From positions 38,750,001 to 38,814,000 of the forward strand of contig OX597826.1 of NCBI GenBank assembly GCA_951406725.2: a DNA stretch of 64,000 nt, given 5' to 3'. The position numbers and the translations under genes were made by a program. The notes under the pieces were generated by a model, which worked only from the letters and a program-made list of their open reading frames with translations, was not told where the DNA came from and searched no databases. Shown in pieces: positions 1-12,170 of this stretch (position 1 is its first letter; the number at the start of each line of letters is the position of its first letter). The stretch comes from Octopus vulgaris (Eukaryota).

Positions 1-464
1 TATATATATATATATACACACGCACACACACATAAACATAAATATATATATATATAAAATATATATAAAAAATAATCTCAACTCATAAAAAAATCTCTTT
101 CACAGTTAAGGGGAGGTAATATGAGGTTTATCAAAAGCTCTTAATTTTCATAAATAATTATAATATATTAAATGACATAAAATTCATTTAATTTGGTAGA
201 TCAACATTACATGCAAAAAATAATTTTATACAAAGATTATAAAGTATGCTTCCCTTTTTCCTTCTCAATACCTTTTTTCTTTTTCTCCTTCCCAATTCCC
301 TATGATATTATATTAAGCTCTTCTTTTCTTTTTTTAAAACATTATACTACCTTCTCCCCCTATGTTAGACTGAGTCCTTCTGTAATCGCCTCATTTTGTA
401 TATATGGTATCAGCTAACGGTTTATGGTCGTTATCACATGTATTTCTAATTGGTATATCTTTAC

Positions 465-548
465 TACCTCTGAAGAGATTCATCTTATAATGATTTTAAT
501 TTTATAAATTATCTAAACATTTCTGAATCGAAACAGCTGTCAGAGATG
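465..548 (+). ncRNA. Minimal type I hammerhead-ribozyme-like motif (long stem II, AGCT loop 3)
   Basis: CTGAAGA 470-476; stem II gattca(477-482)/tgaatc(524-529); GAAAC-AGCT-GTC 530-541; stem I is degenerate. Confidence 0.6.
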
Positions 549-739
549 TTGTCATATTTAATAATTAATAAATAATTTTATTAATTACCCCTCCATTTTC
601 TCCTTATTCTTTAAATATATAAATATATGAACCATGGTTTTATATGGTTACCTTATAGTTGAACTTTCTATACATTGGTAACTAACCAGCATTTTCATTG
701 GATTTATGATCCCTTAATGAGGTTTATTACCTTTACTTG

Positions 740-780
<41 letters not shown>

Positions 781-892
781 ATTTAGGAATGGTCATGTTG
801 CCAGTTTAGCCAATAAAAACACACACACTATATATTCGGTGTTAATTTGCTTCAGCTTTATTTATTTTTTGCATTAATCTTGATCTTATTTC

Positions 893-937
893 GGCCAGAG
901 TTCTTTCGTCACACTTCTGTGACCTCATCAGTGGTCC
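893..937 (-). ncRNA. Minimal hammerhead ribozyme in the terminal repeat of a Penelope-like element
   Basis: Minus strand reads ggacca-CTGATGA-g-gtcaca gaag tgtgac-GAAA-gaa-CTC-tggcc. It lies downstream of the GIY-YIG ORF in the same orientation. Confidence 0.7.
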
Positions 938-1444
938 TTTGCTTTCTTCTTTCTGTGTCTCTCCTTACTAATGGTCAGCCATTTTGTATTTTGTATTCCT
1001 ATTGTATGTGTCTTTATTTGTGTATGCGTATACCCCTGTGTGTGTCTATGTTTAGTTAGTGTGTGTGTGGTGGGGAAGTGCCTGTAATATTTGTATCTCC
1101 TGTTTATACACGTTCGTATAATTTGTTTTTGTTTATTTTGTTCATGTGTTTACACCTACTTATTACTATTATTTTTTTCGTTGTATTTAGTAATAAATTT
1201 TTTTTAATGTATATAGTTATTTGCTTCCATTTGTTTAGTTATCTGTGTATTTTATTATGTTTTTTGTTTTGTTTATATTTTTATCAGTTTATGGGGATCT
1301 TATTCTGTCATATGTTGTGGTATGTTGGGGGGGTGTGCTAGTGTTCCATTCCAGTTTCCTATTCAGGCTAGGTTTATCTTCTATAATGTGTGTAGCTTCT
1401 GTAATTTGTCCAATTGTTGCGTCTGTTCTATGTGTGGACAAGAT

Positions 1445-2740
1445 TTAAACTTCTATGTTGTTGAATGAGCCCCCGTATTCCTGCTCGGTGTGCTGGTACA
1501 GAACCGATGAGCTCTTTTCTTCCTTAAGTTCTCTCCAATGTACATTTACCCACACTCCTATGCTCCGTATCGTTTCTCCTACATATGTCATTGTCTTGTT
1601 ACTGCATCGTCCCTCTGTACATCTTATACTATAGACTACATTTCTGGCTTTACAGTTTGCTTGTGGGCTAAATCTACACACAGTACAGTTCCTATCTGTA
1701 CAAGGGGTTCTACTAAAAGGGTAGGTTCTATCGATTAGGGATTTGATAAGGTTGTCTGACCTTTCAACAACCTTAATCCTTAGCTTAAATTTGTCTAGGG
1801 CCCTTCTAAAGTGGTACGCCAGTTCGCCTCTAGGGGTGGTGTTGATGAACATGACACTCTGGTATTTGTGGCTATCATACCAAGAGTTGGCCTTCCCTAT
1901 TTTCTTCTTAGTCCTTTCAATAGTGTTCCATGGTTTGCTCCTATAGAGTGGGAAAATCCCATTCCTATCATTACATATTATATTATCAACTTTCTTCATG
2001 GCTCCTTTGTATACTCTGATCCTTTCTTTATGGCAGTAACCTGAGAACTGCATGCGGTGAACGAAATGTTGTATGTGTCTCTTTAACTCTGTCGGGTCGC
2101 ACATGCAGGACACATTTCGCATTATTCTGACAGGTCTGCCATCAAAATATTGAATTTGGCATTGTCCGCGATAGCTGAGTCCCGGTGGATCAAGTATTTG
2201 GAGGCCATAGATTTGGCATAGTGTGAATGAAGGATTCGGGTTTTATTATTCTCAGTTTTTAGTACAGGTAGTCTATGGTTAAGGTGTTTGGTAGGGTAGT
2301 CTATCGTGACCTTAATACTCAGGTGGATGGAGTTAGCTATTTGCTGGATGCTCTCCATAGTATTAGTTTCTATTTCTATTTCAAGAGTACTCTCGTGGGG
2401 GTGCCTTTACTACTATGTTGATATCATCAACATAGCGAGAGTACATGTTCACGAGTATGGAGTTCTGTGTCAGGCATTCCTTAAGCCTTCTGTCCCACCA
2501 TTCTATGAAAAGGTTGGCCACATCACTGGCGATACTAACGCCGATTGCTGCCCTCTCGTCCTGTTGTTAAACTTAAACATGTGGCCTTTTAGGGTAACTC
2601 TTATACTAGCTCCTAGTGCATATGCGATCATTTTCTTTAACTGATGAACATTTGCGGGGGTCCGTATGGCTCTGGTCCATCCGATCCATCTCTCTATATG
2701 GGTCTTCCTAGCCATAGAAGTAATTGTGGGTGGTCTACCT
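1445..2740 (-). mobile_element. Penelope-like retroelement remnant (RT C-terminus + GIY-YIG endonuclease), frameshifted
   Basis: Minus-strand AIGVSIASDVANLF and YSRYVDDINI (YVDD at 2423-2434). ORF 1445-2122 has CKARNVVYSIRC...YVGETIRS (GIY-YIG). Confidence 0.85.
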
Positions 2741-2980
2741 CTTAAATGTAGTCCATCAACTCACTAGAAATATCAGCCAGATTTCCCTCTAATCCACCCT
2801 AATGACTTAAAAACAGTAAGATACATTGAATAATGTGGTTTTAGATGAAACAATGATGAGATGATCGTGGCTGGAATAGAAGCTTCAAATATACAACAGA
2901 CTCAGTGGTCAAACAGACGCATATCCATTGTTTACATTTTCCTTCCTCACGGAGTCTAATTGGAGGTATTTTAGCTTCAC

Positions 2981-3201
2981 GTTAGCTAAAACGTTAGGAC
3001 GCGGGCGAAATGCTTAGCGGTATTTCGTCTGCCATTACGTTGTGAGTTCAAATTCCGCCGAGGTCGACTTTGCCTTTCATCCTTTCGGGGTCGATAAATT
3101 AAGTACCAGTTACGCACTGGGGTCGATGTAATCGACTTAATACCTATGTCTGTCCTTGTTTGTCCCCTCTATGTTTAGCCCCTTGTGGGTAATAAAGAAA
3201 T
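2981..3201 (+). mobile_element. tRNA-derived SINE (family A) with 17-bp TSD
   Basis: B-box-like gagttcaaattcc; flanking direct repeat aggtattttagcttcac at 2964-2980 and 3202-3218; many other copies in the window. Confidence 0.85.
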
Positions 3202-3744
3202 AGGTATTTTAGCTTCACAGAAGTAAATATGGAATTTATTTTCCTTACATGCAATTATAACAGGAAAGAGGTATGAAATATTGTTTCTGATGTGAAATTG
3301 TTTGTTTCAGCTTCACCAACAGCAAGTGTTGGCCTGAATTCCAACTGTTTTGAAAGGGCAAATACATCTTACACCATCTGGTGGTTGTCTTGGTGATCAA
3401 CTTTGTCGGAGAGCAAAATTTTATATGTGATAAAAGCTGGTTATTCAGCTTTTACAGAATAACCTTTTATCAAAAAAGACTCCAGCATAAATTTTAGTTG
3501 TAACAGTGATAATAGAAATAAAAACTATTTGTTGGTGGTAGCATGGTAAATGTATCTTTCCTACAACTAATCTAAGGAATGTAATACTTAATTTAAAAAA
3601 ATATACTAGAATGTGTACTAATATAACTAACATTTTTTTTTAAAGTATGCAACTCACATTTAGCATTTCAAAAGTGCAGCAGAAATGTTGCAATTTATAA
3701 TTCCAATAATTCCAAACACCCCATGTAAAATAATATGTATCATG

Positions 3745-3990
3745 ATCATCATCATCATTTAATGTCTGTTTTCCATGCTAGCATGGGTTAGACTATTTGA
3801 CAGGAGCTGGCCAGCCAGAGAGCTGTCCAGGCCCCAGTTATTTTGGCATAGATGCCTTTCCTAAAAGCAACCACTTTACAGAGTATACTGGGTGCTTTTA
3901 TGCATGGCACTGTACAGGTGCTTTTTATGTAACACCAGTACGGATGCTTTCATGCAGCACCAGCACAAGTGCTCTTGTGCAGTACTGGCA
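3745..3990 (-). repeat. RTE-tail-like repeat with (GAT)n end, degenerate
   Basis: catcatcatttaatgtctgttttccatgctagcatggg matches the copies at 18430-18619, 27535, 43478 and 48745. Confidence 0.6.
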
Positions 3991-4515
3991 CTGGATAATG
4001 TAGTTCTGTTTCACCACACATGGAAAAAAGACTGGATGGTAAAGATCTGATCAGGGTTAACTTGTGGCTAAACAACTCCACTGCCATCATCACTATCCAA
4101 GTCAGCTCAAACTCCAAAAATAAAGTTACAAATTTTTTTAACATGATAATATGTACTGCTATAGAAGACTTAGTCATGTCACCCATGAAAAAAAAAAAAC
4201 TCCCTTAATTTAGGTGTATTTACACCATTTGTCTACAGCAAGAAATTTTCTCCATGGCAAAATATATACTGTTCAACCAAGCCCAGCTTATTAACAATTA
4301 CCTAACATCTCTCCGGGGCTCCTATCTGTTCATCAATCACAGTGCACACTCTCCCAATTCACCTCTATTAACACCCAACACTTCCTCTTACCTTTATCTT
4401 ACTAACTACCCTTACACCTCTAAGATGCCTTCTAGCCTTTCTTTCTCTTACTGCACCCACCCAATTTTCTCCCAACCCCTTTCTCTTTCGTCCCTCCCCA
4501 TCTATGATTCTTTCA

Positions 4516-5541
4516 GTTGTGGAGTAAACTGATGCCTCAACACGTAACTGTCAGTGGACTGGACGAGTCATATAAACTGATGAGCCAGTAAACAGTTGAC
4601 ATCAAACTGCAAGTGCATTAGTCATGGTATTGATTCTACATTGGCATATTGGATTGTTATTGTGTGAACAGTTATAATAAGATAACCAACTCTTGTTACA
4701 TTCCTTATTGTTACACAGTTCTATTTGGTACTGTGCATTAATGTATGATATAACAGCTGGTGATGAGAAGTGTTCAAGACACACTTGAATTATTGTGAAT
4801 TGTATATTTTTCGTTTATGAGAACAAAAAATTCATCTTGTTTATCATGGAAAAATTACTATCAGCTGTGAAAGAGTTGCAAAAACAGCAACATGGGGTTT
4901 TACAGGTTCTCCTCAAGGAAACGAAAAATGCAACAAATGCATTTACACCAAATTTGTTGGCAAGCTCCATCAATGAATTATTTAGATATAATCTGGATGA
5001 AGGTGTCACATTTACTGCCTGTCATAGGCGATTTGCAGAAATATTCAAGAATGAATGTTCAAACTGGAAAGAAGACCAGAAGACTAGACTTTTGCTAAGA
5101 AAACCAGTGGAATATGAAAAATATATTAATTACATACTAACCCCAAAACCTGGAGAATTACGATTTGAAGACACAATAAGCACACTATCAAAAAGTTTTA
5201 GTGAAAAAAGATCTTTGTTCAACATGAAGTGGCCCTGTTTAAATTTGATGAAAAATGTAGAGGATGACTTCATAACAAATGCCAGAATAGTAAAGCAGGA
5301 GTGTAAAAATTTAAAATTAAAGGAACTGACAACAGACATGTTTAAGTGCCTGATATTCCAGTGCTATATTTAAGAGTTGAGGAATTATGTACATTATTTA
5401 CATTTGACGGATATTTGTCCTCATCTTGTTTGTTGTTAACACATTTCGGTTGATATACCCACCAGCCTTCATCAGATGTCTTGGGGAAATTTCAAACCTG
5501 GATTCTCATTCCTAAGGTATTTTTTGATGTTGCTGTTGTTG

Positions 5542-5577
<36 letters not shown>

Positions 5578-5685
5578 TCACTGCTTAGAATTGAATTTGG
5601 AATCTTGGGGTTAGTAGCCCGCGCTCTTAACCACTACACTATATACCCATGGGCAAGATTCCGAGTTCGATTCCAAGCAGTGATC

Positions 5686-5749
<64 letters not shown>

Positions 5750-7840
5750 GGAATGAGAACCCAGGTTCAATATTTCTCCAAGACATCTGATGAAGGCTGG
5801 AATGAATTGGACAGAGAAATTCTATCTCTGGGATTTATCCATTAATCACTATTTAAAAAATGTAATAGGCACAGGCACAAGTGCTAACACTGACTCAGAC
5901 AAATTGCAAAAAGAATTAAAGAAAGCATTCCCAAATGTGTTTTCAGAGAAACTAAGTACATATTCAAAAACAAGCCAAATTTAAGATAAAACAGAATGCA
6001 GTACCAGTTTTTAAACCAAAAAGAAATGTGCCATATGCAGCATTAGAACAGATAAACTTAGACTAGAAAAATTTGGAGTTATCCAAAAAGTGGAATATTC
6101 TAAATGGGCATCACTGTGTATGTTAAGAAAAAGAATAATAAAATCAGAGCATGTGCTGGTTTTTCACTGGATTGAACAAATGTCTTAAAATGTTTAATAA
6201 TCCGCTGCCTATTCCAGAGGACATATTTGTGAAATTAAATGGTGGCAAGATATTTTCTAAATTGAATCTCTCTGACATGTATCTACAAATTAAAGTAGAT
6301 AATGACTGCTCTAAATATCTAACAATTAACACACATAAAGGACTATAGATACAACAGGTTACCAGTTGATATAAAAGTCGCACTGGTGATCTTTCAACAG
6401 ATTATGGATGCAATGTTAGCAGACTGTTATTTTGAAATTGCATATCTCAATGATATATTGATTAAGAGTGAATTAAGAATTCTCCATGTACAACATATGA
6501 AAAAGGTATTTAAAAAACTAAGCGAATATAGGTTCAAACTGAGTGCAGATAAGTGGGATTTCTTTTACCTAAAATTAGCTATGTGGAACAATTCACAGAT
6601 AGAAAGGGTTGTTGTCCGGATCCTACATGGGCATCAGCAATTAAAAATATGTTCCTGCTAAAGAATGTGGTGACATTACAAGCGTTCTTGGGTCTGGTGA
6701 ATTATTACCAAATTTACATCCCTAATATCAATAACCTGCATGCACCATTCAATTACCTGCTAAAGAAAGGAATGAAATGGAATTGGACACAAAGATGCCA
6801 AGAAGCCTTCAAACAGTTAAAAGATATACTAACTTCTGAGCTACCTATGATCTGAGCACACTATGATCTGTGAAAGGAAATCATAGCAACTTCAGATGCC
6901 AGTAAATATGGCATCGGAGTGGTAATTTTGCATAGGTATGAAGATGGTAAAACAAAACCCACAGCACCTGCATCACATACATGTTTGCCTGCTGAGAGGA
7001 ATTATAGACAGATTGAGAAAGAAGTTTTGGCAACTATTTATGCTGTAAAAAAGTTCCTTAAATTCATCCATGGCAGAAGGTTTTGTCTGCAAACTAATTG
7101 CCACTCCTTATTGACTATATTTGACTCTAAGAAGGGCATCCCAGCACATATTGCCAATAGATTGCAGAAATGGAGAATCATTTTGTTGAACTACAATTTC
7201 AAAATGGAATACATCCCCTCAAAAAAGTTAAGCCATGCAGACGGGTTATCTAGGTTAATACTTAAAAATGTTGAACCATTTGAAGAAAGTATAATTGCAT
7301 CATTCAGAGCAGAAACAGAGATAAAAAGCATTTTGTGTAACATGATTAATGAATTGCCTGTAACCTTCAAAGAAATTAAAGCCAAAGCACCAAAAGATGA
7401 CTTTATAATTAAAATGAAAGTCACCTTGAAAGAAAATTAAGTAAATACATGCCAGACTGAAAATTTAAATTCAAATTCATATTCTGTATGCGACAACATT
7501 CTAATGTAAACACAGAGGATTATAGTACCATTTACATTGCAAAAAAGAATTCTGAAAGATTTTTCATGTTGGACATCCAGGAATGTTGTAAATGAAAGCA
7601 CTTATGAGAAGCTATGTGTATTGGCTGAAGATGGATAAAGATATTGAAAATCTTGTAAGATCCTGCAGTGGCCATGCTAAGACAACAAAATCAGCTGCTG
7701 TAAGTATCAGCTGTGGCCAAGACTGAGACACCGTGGTCCAAGCTTCACACAGACTTCTTAGGCTCACTATATGGAAACTATTTTCTTGTAGTAGTGGATA
7801 GTTACATAAAATGGCCAGAAGTATGTAAATATAAACGTTC
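4516..7840 (+). mobile_element. Ty3/gypsy LTR retrotransposon remnant (LTR-like start, gag, RT, RNase H, integrase N-terminus), interrupted at 5360-5800
   Basis: gag ORF 4795-5373 ends DMFKCLIF. RT: PLPIPEDIFVKLNGGKIFSKLNLSDMY and IAYLNDILI. RNase H: DASKYGIG, NYRQIEKE, ADGLSRL. Integrase zinc finger HVGHPG...YVYW at ~7565-7690. The 5' start (ttgtgg...cgtaactgtcagtggact) resembles 24690-24740. Confidence 0.85.
5360..5800. mobile_element. tRNA-headed, (AAT)n-containing SINE-like element with hammerhead-like tail; one minus copy plus an inverted partial plus copy
   Basis: Minus: tRNA-like head 5575-5654, (AAT)n, tail 5360-5525. Plus: gagttcgattcc 5662-5673, (AAT)n 5687-5748, tail start 5749-5800. 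Confidence 0.7.
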
Positions 7841-7884
7841 TGTGTCCTCTGTATACTTGTGGATGTATGCATAGAAATCTGTAT

Positions 7885-8268
7885 AGGCACATGCATGGCT
7901 GTATGGTAAAAAGCTTGTTTCCCAACTTAATGGTTCCAGGTTCAGTCCCACTGTGTAGCATCTTGGGCAAGTGTCTCCTACTATAGCTTCAGATTGACCA
8001 AAGCCTTATGAGTGGATTCGGTAGACAGAAACTGAAAGAAGCCCGTTGTATATATTGATGTGTTTGTATCTTTGTGTCTGTGTTTGTCTCCCACCACTGC
8101 TGGTGTGTTTATGTGCCTGTAACATAGCAGTTCAGCAAAGAGACCAATAAGTACCAGGCTGAAAAATACAATTTAAAGGGTCAATCTATTCAGCTAAAAA
8201 AATTATCCAAGGCGGTACCCAGCATGGCCACAGTCTGATGATTGAAACAAGGAAAAAAAGATAAAAGA
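7885..8268 (+). mobile_element. tRNA-derived SINE (family B), degenerate
   Basis: ggttccaggttcagtcccactg...gaaactgaaagaagccc...cagcatggccacagtc matches 54258-54668. Confidence 0.75.
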
Positions 8269-9672
8269 TATGCTATAGTATGAACATGAGTGTCCAGACA
8301 CATTGTTAATACACAGGTATGTTATCTGCAACTCTACCTTGGTGCTTCTGTTATTAAGATACCTCAATTCTATTGAATCCTAAAAGTAATTATATATATA
8401 TTTATATATATATGGGTATGCTTAAAAAAATATCCTGCATTATTAATTCTATTTTCTAATCACAGTATATTGGTATGTTGGAAACTTATAGCATGTTATT
8501 GTTCATATGATATAATGATATAAAAATATATATCTATATGATAATAATAACAGCTGCATATTAATTAGTTAGTCTAACTTTTTAGTAGAAGAAAGCAATT
8601 TTTAAAGTCCACACTACCAAGAAAATTCTTAAAAATTTTAATTTTGATATATTTTTATGAAATATATCAAATAATCAGAAAAATAATTTTAATTCACTGC
8701 AAGATAGCAGGTTTTTTGGCATAACTACAGATTTCTGCCCCCGTCACCTGACTTTAGATGATCATAAGTTTCAGAAAAATGGATATTTTTTTAATGAAAT
8801 TTTCTATGAATATGTGTTATATCATGTAGATTCAGTATATACAAAACTTTTGGGGGGAACGTGTTTTAGGAGGGGTGAGGTGGGAAATTTCGGAAAATTC
8901 ATCAGAGTTCACTTCAATTTGTCTTAACTTTCAAGAAAATGGATATTTTAAAATGAAATTATCTACAAATATACCTCGGACTATGTAGATTCTGAGGACA
9001 TAGAAATTTTGGAGGAAAACAGTTGGGGGTTATTTTTGAGAACTGTTTCCCACTCGGGGTGTTTCGGAGCAAGTCATCCATATTTGTAACATATTCTCCG
9101 TTTTGTGTGTTTCTGCATCCGTAGATTTCTACTGAAGTAACAAACAGGCAATGAAGGCAAATGAAGCCCTCACCAGAAAACTCATTATGCTAAAAATAAC
9201 AGCTAATGGTATGGTACACAGAAATATGTTACTAAGACGACTTATCTGTTGCATACTATTTTCTTTTTTCACTTCAAGTAAATTCCCAGGTAAACGTTTC
9301 TAATAGAAAGGAAGAAGACACCAGAAGCAAAAATAAGAATTAATATTGACATTATTACCTGGAAACGAAATCGGAAAAAAATAATAGTGCAACGGGTGTA
9401 AAAAAAGGTGTAGGAAATGAATACGAAAACAAAAATGCTCGGAAAGCAACGGGGAAGGCTGGCTTTGGAAAATTCCCAAGATCTGATGTTTTACCTGCGT
9501 AACTTTTAGGAAAAGGGGGGGGGTTCTAAATGAAATTTTATATAAATACCTTTCAAACGGTATAGATTACGATTATAAAGAAATTTGTGGGAGAATCCTT
9601 TTCTGCGGGGGTGGGGAGAGGACTTCAGAAAATTCACAAGATCTGATATAGATACATATGTGTATGTATGTA

Positions 9673-9709
<37 letters not shown>

Positions 9710-9843
9710 TATATATATAAATTTAACATGGGTGATTCTTTCTTTTCTTGGGATTCACAGTCAAACAGTTGGGTGGAATTGTGCAAAAAATTACACAGAT
9801 GTGTAGAATGATCCAGTGGTGATGCTGGGCTTTGTATTTTTTG

Positions 9844-10053
9844 TATGGTTACCAAGATAATCTACAATAATAATACTCTTGTTTTTATGAATGAGAAAGG
9901 AAGGGGTGATAGATGAATAAGGAAGGAAGGGATGATGTCATATTTTTTTCATAGCTTCTATGGTTACCGAGATAATCTATTATAATAATACTGTGTTTGT
10001 GAATGAGAAAGGAAGGAGTGAGAGATGAATAAGGAAGGAAGGGGTCATGTCAT
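9844..10053 (+). repeat. ~115-bp tandem duplication
   Basis: tatggttacc..gataatcta..ataataatact..tgaatgagaaaggaagg..gatgaataaggaaggaaggg occurs twice. Confidence 0.7.
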
Positions 10054-10386
10054 ACTTGTAGTGTACGCTGAAAAAATAAATCAAACAGCGTTTCAATTCT
10101 GAGGGAATGTATGTAAAAGGAGGGGTATGTGAATGTGGGTGTGTGCATGTGTTTGTGTGTGTGCATGTGCACAATGGAAGTAGGATGGTTCATCTTTGCT
10201 TAGTACTTGGGTTTATTTTTTGATTTTTCTTTTGTTGGTCAATTATTTTTAGCATTTTGTTAGAAAAAAGTCATTCTAAAATTGTTTTTTAATGTAAGCA
10301 TGCCCAAACAAGTAGAATGCTTACACAGAGAGGTTTTACAGCCACACAATCCAAACGGACTGGGTGAAACTGGGCTTAGCTACAAG

Positions 10387-10418
<32 letters not shown>

Positions 10419-10974
10419 TGTATATATATGTATATATAAATACAAGTACCAGCTAATCAGCTGGCTGAAATGCTTAGTGGTACTTCGTCTGCCGTTACGT
10501 TCTGAGTTCAAATTCTGCCAAGGTCGACTTTGGATGATCATAAGTTTCAGAAAAATGGATATTTTTTAATGAAACTTTCTACACATGTGTTAACCCCCCC
10601 CCCCTTTTTTTTCTATACAAACCCCTACAGAGAATACGAATCTGCAAAAAAAATTGGCAAAAACCGGCATTTTGAAATTACCCCACCCCCTAATTTTAAA
10701 CTGTTTTTCAGTTTTTTTTTTTTTTCAAAATATGCGGAAAAATATGGAGATTATGATTCTGAAAAAAATTTCAAAAAATTTTTGTAGTTAGGGTAAGGGT
10801 TTTAGGGTTACGGTAACGGTTAGGGAAAAAGGTGAAAAATGAAAAAATGGGGGGAAGGCGGGGGTAAATTTAAAATTGCCGATTTGGGGCAATTTTCCGG
10901 AATCTCTGTATCCGAAAACGGGGTTTTTTGGCAAAAAATAAAGTTGCGTGAAAATGGTGGGGTGGGACGTGAGG

Positions 10975-11525
10975 AAGTCTTTCCATGGTCACTTGAGAAC
11001 CAACCTCGTTCTGGGCGACCGTCGACCTGAACAAATGAAAACATCATGAAAATTCATGAACTGATCTTGGAGGACCATCATCGAACAATTGACGAATTTG
11101 ATGATAGGACTGGTATGCCCTTGAGCACCTGCCAATGAATTTTGAGCGAAGTATTGCGAATGAAAAGAGTTACAGCAAGATTTGCGTCTCGCTTGCTCAC
11201 GGAAGATCAAAAGCAGACACGACTGATTGCGTGTCGTGAACTGAGAGAACAGTCGAAAGTTGATCCGGACCTTTTTCTGAAGGTCATTTACTGGTGACGA
11301 AGGTCTGGTGCGACGGAATTTGCAGACGTGGAAGAGGTGAAGTAAAAAATGACGGAGGCGTTAAAAGTGCAAGCGTGCCAGCACTACTTTGAACAGTGGG
11401 AAACGCGTCTGGACCGATGAGTTGCTTCAAATGGAGGATATTTTGTAGGCGATAAAGCGTAAACATGTAAAATTAAGTGAATAAAATAATACCGCAAAAT
11501 TCAGGTTTCTTTCGGGTACCCACTC
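10975..11525 (+). mobile_element. Internally deleted mariner remnant (3' part and right TIR)
   Basis: QPRSGRPST motif; TGDE-like motif joined directly to FADVEEVK; end ggtttctttcgggtaccc matches the TIR of 22605-23496. Confidence 0.75.
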
Positions 11526-11526
11526 G

Positions 11527-11942
11527 GGATCTTTTCGGTTTGAATGACAGTTTTTTCTAGCGGTGTCATGTGAAATTGTCACCCATAATTATGACCCTAG
11601 TATCGATCTATTGCATTTCAATCTGTTTTAGGGTTAGGGGTGGGGGGAAAGGGTATCTTTTTTCTTCACAAATGTAAATAAACCCAATGTGTTTCTTAAA
11701 CGGGGGACATATTCATACGGCACAGAATGTTTTTTTTTTACCTCAATGGAGGTCATTGATTGGTTGAAATTGCAGAAATTGAAGAAAAAAGAACAACAAA
11801 TATCTTACAAACTATAGAATTTTCTCAATAAAGCCAAGAGAAAAAGATGTTTTATAAACACATCCTACCAGTATACGAAGTTTAAAATTTTTCAGTTATC
11901 TAGAAATTATATTAAAAACTGCCGTTCAAACCGAAGAGATCC
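11527..11942. mobile_element. MITE with ~24-bp TIRs and internal TTAGGG-like run
   Basis: ggatcttttcggtttgaatgacag ... ctgccgttcaaaccgaagagatcc. Confidence 0.75.
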
Positions 11943-12020
11943 TCCAGTAAAATTACAGAAATTGGGAATCAACTGCGTAAATATCATTTAGTGACTATGA
12001 CTATTTGGTATGCTATAAGC

Positions 12021-12170
12021 CAGTGGTTCCCAACCCTTTAATTTAAATGAATTTTCCTACGGACCCCTTTTAATATACCTATACTTATGTATAAATATAT
12101 ATATGAAATTTTGAATTTAGTTCACGGACCCCCAGTACAAACTTTGTGGACCCCAGGTTGGGAACTACTG
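12021..12170. mobile_element. hAT (Charlie/Buster-like) MITE
   Basis: TIR cagtggttcccaacc / ggttgggaactactg; perfect 8-bp TSD ctataagc. Confidence 0.85.

Noticed and set aside
3370-3560. Downstream coding exon of the host gene (AG...GTAAGA on minus)
   Set aside because: Stops in all frames.
4577-4600. CTGATGA as a hammerhead core
   Set aside because: No stem II or GAAA box follows; it lies in LTR-like sequence.
5575-5654. Functional tRNA gene
   Set aside because: Degenerate SINE head with no convincing cloverleaf; the same applies to 27213, 33960 and 54258.
5476-5790. 104-aa poly-L/poly-I ORF
   Set aside because: Translation of (TTA)n/(AAT)n microsatellites.
10787-10825. Telomere or interstitial telomeric array
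   Set aside because: Only a few imperfect TTAGGG units inside dispersed repeats.
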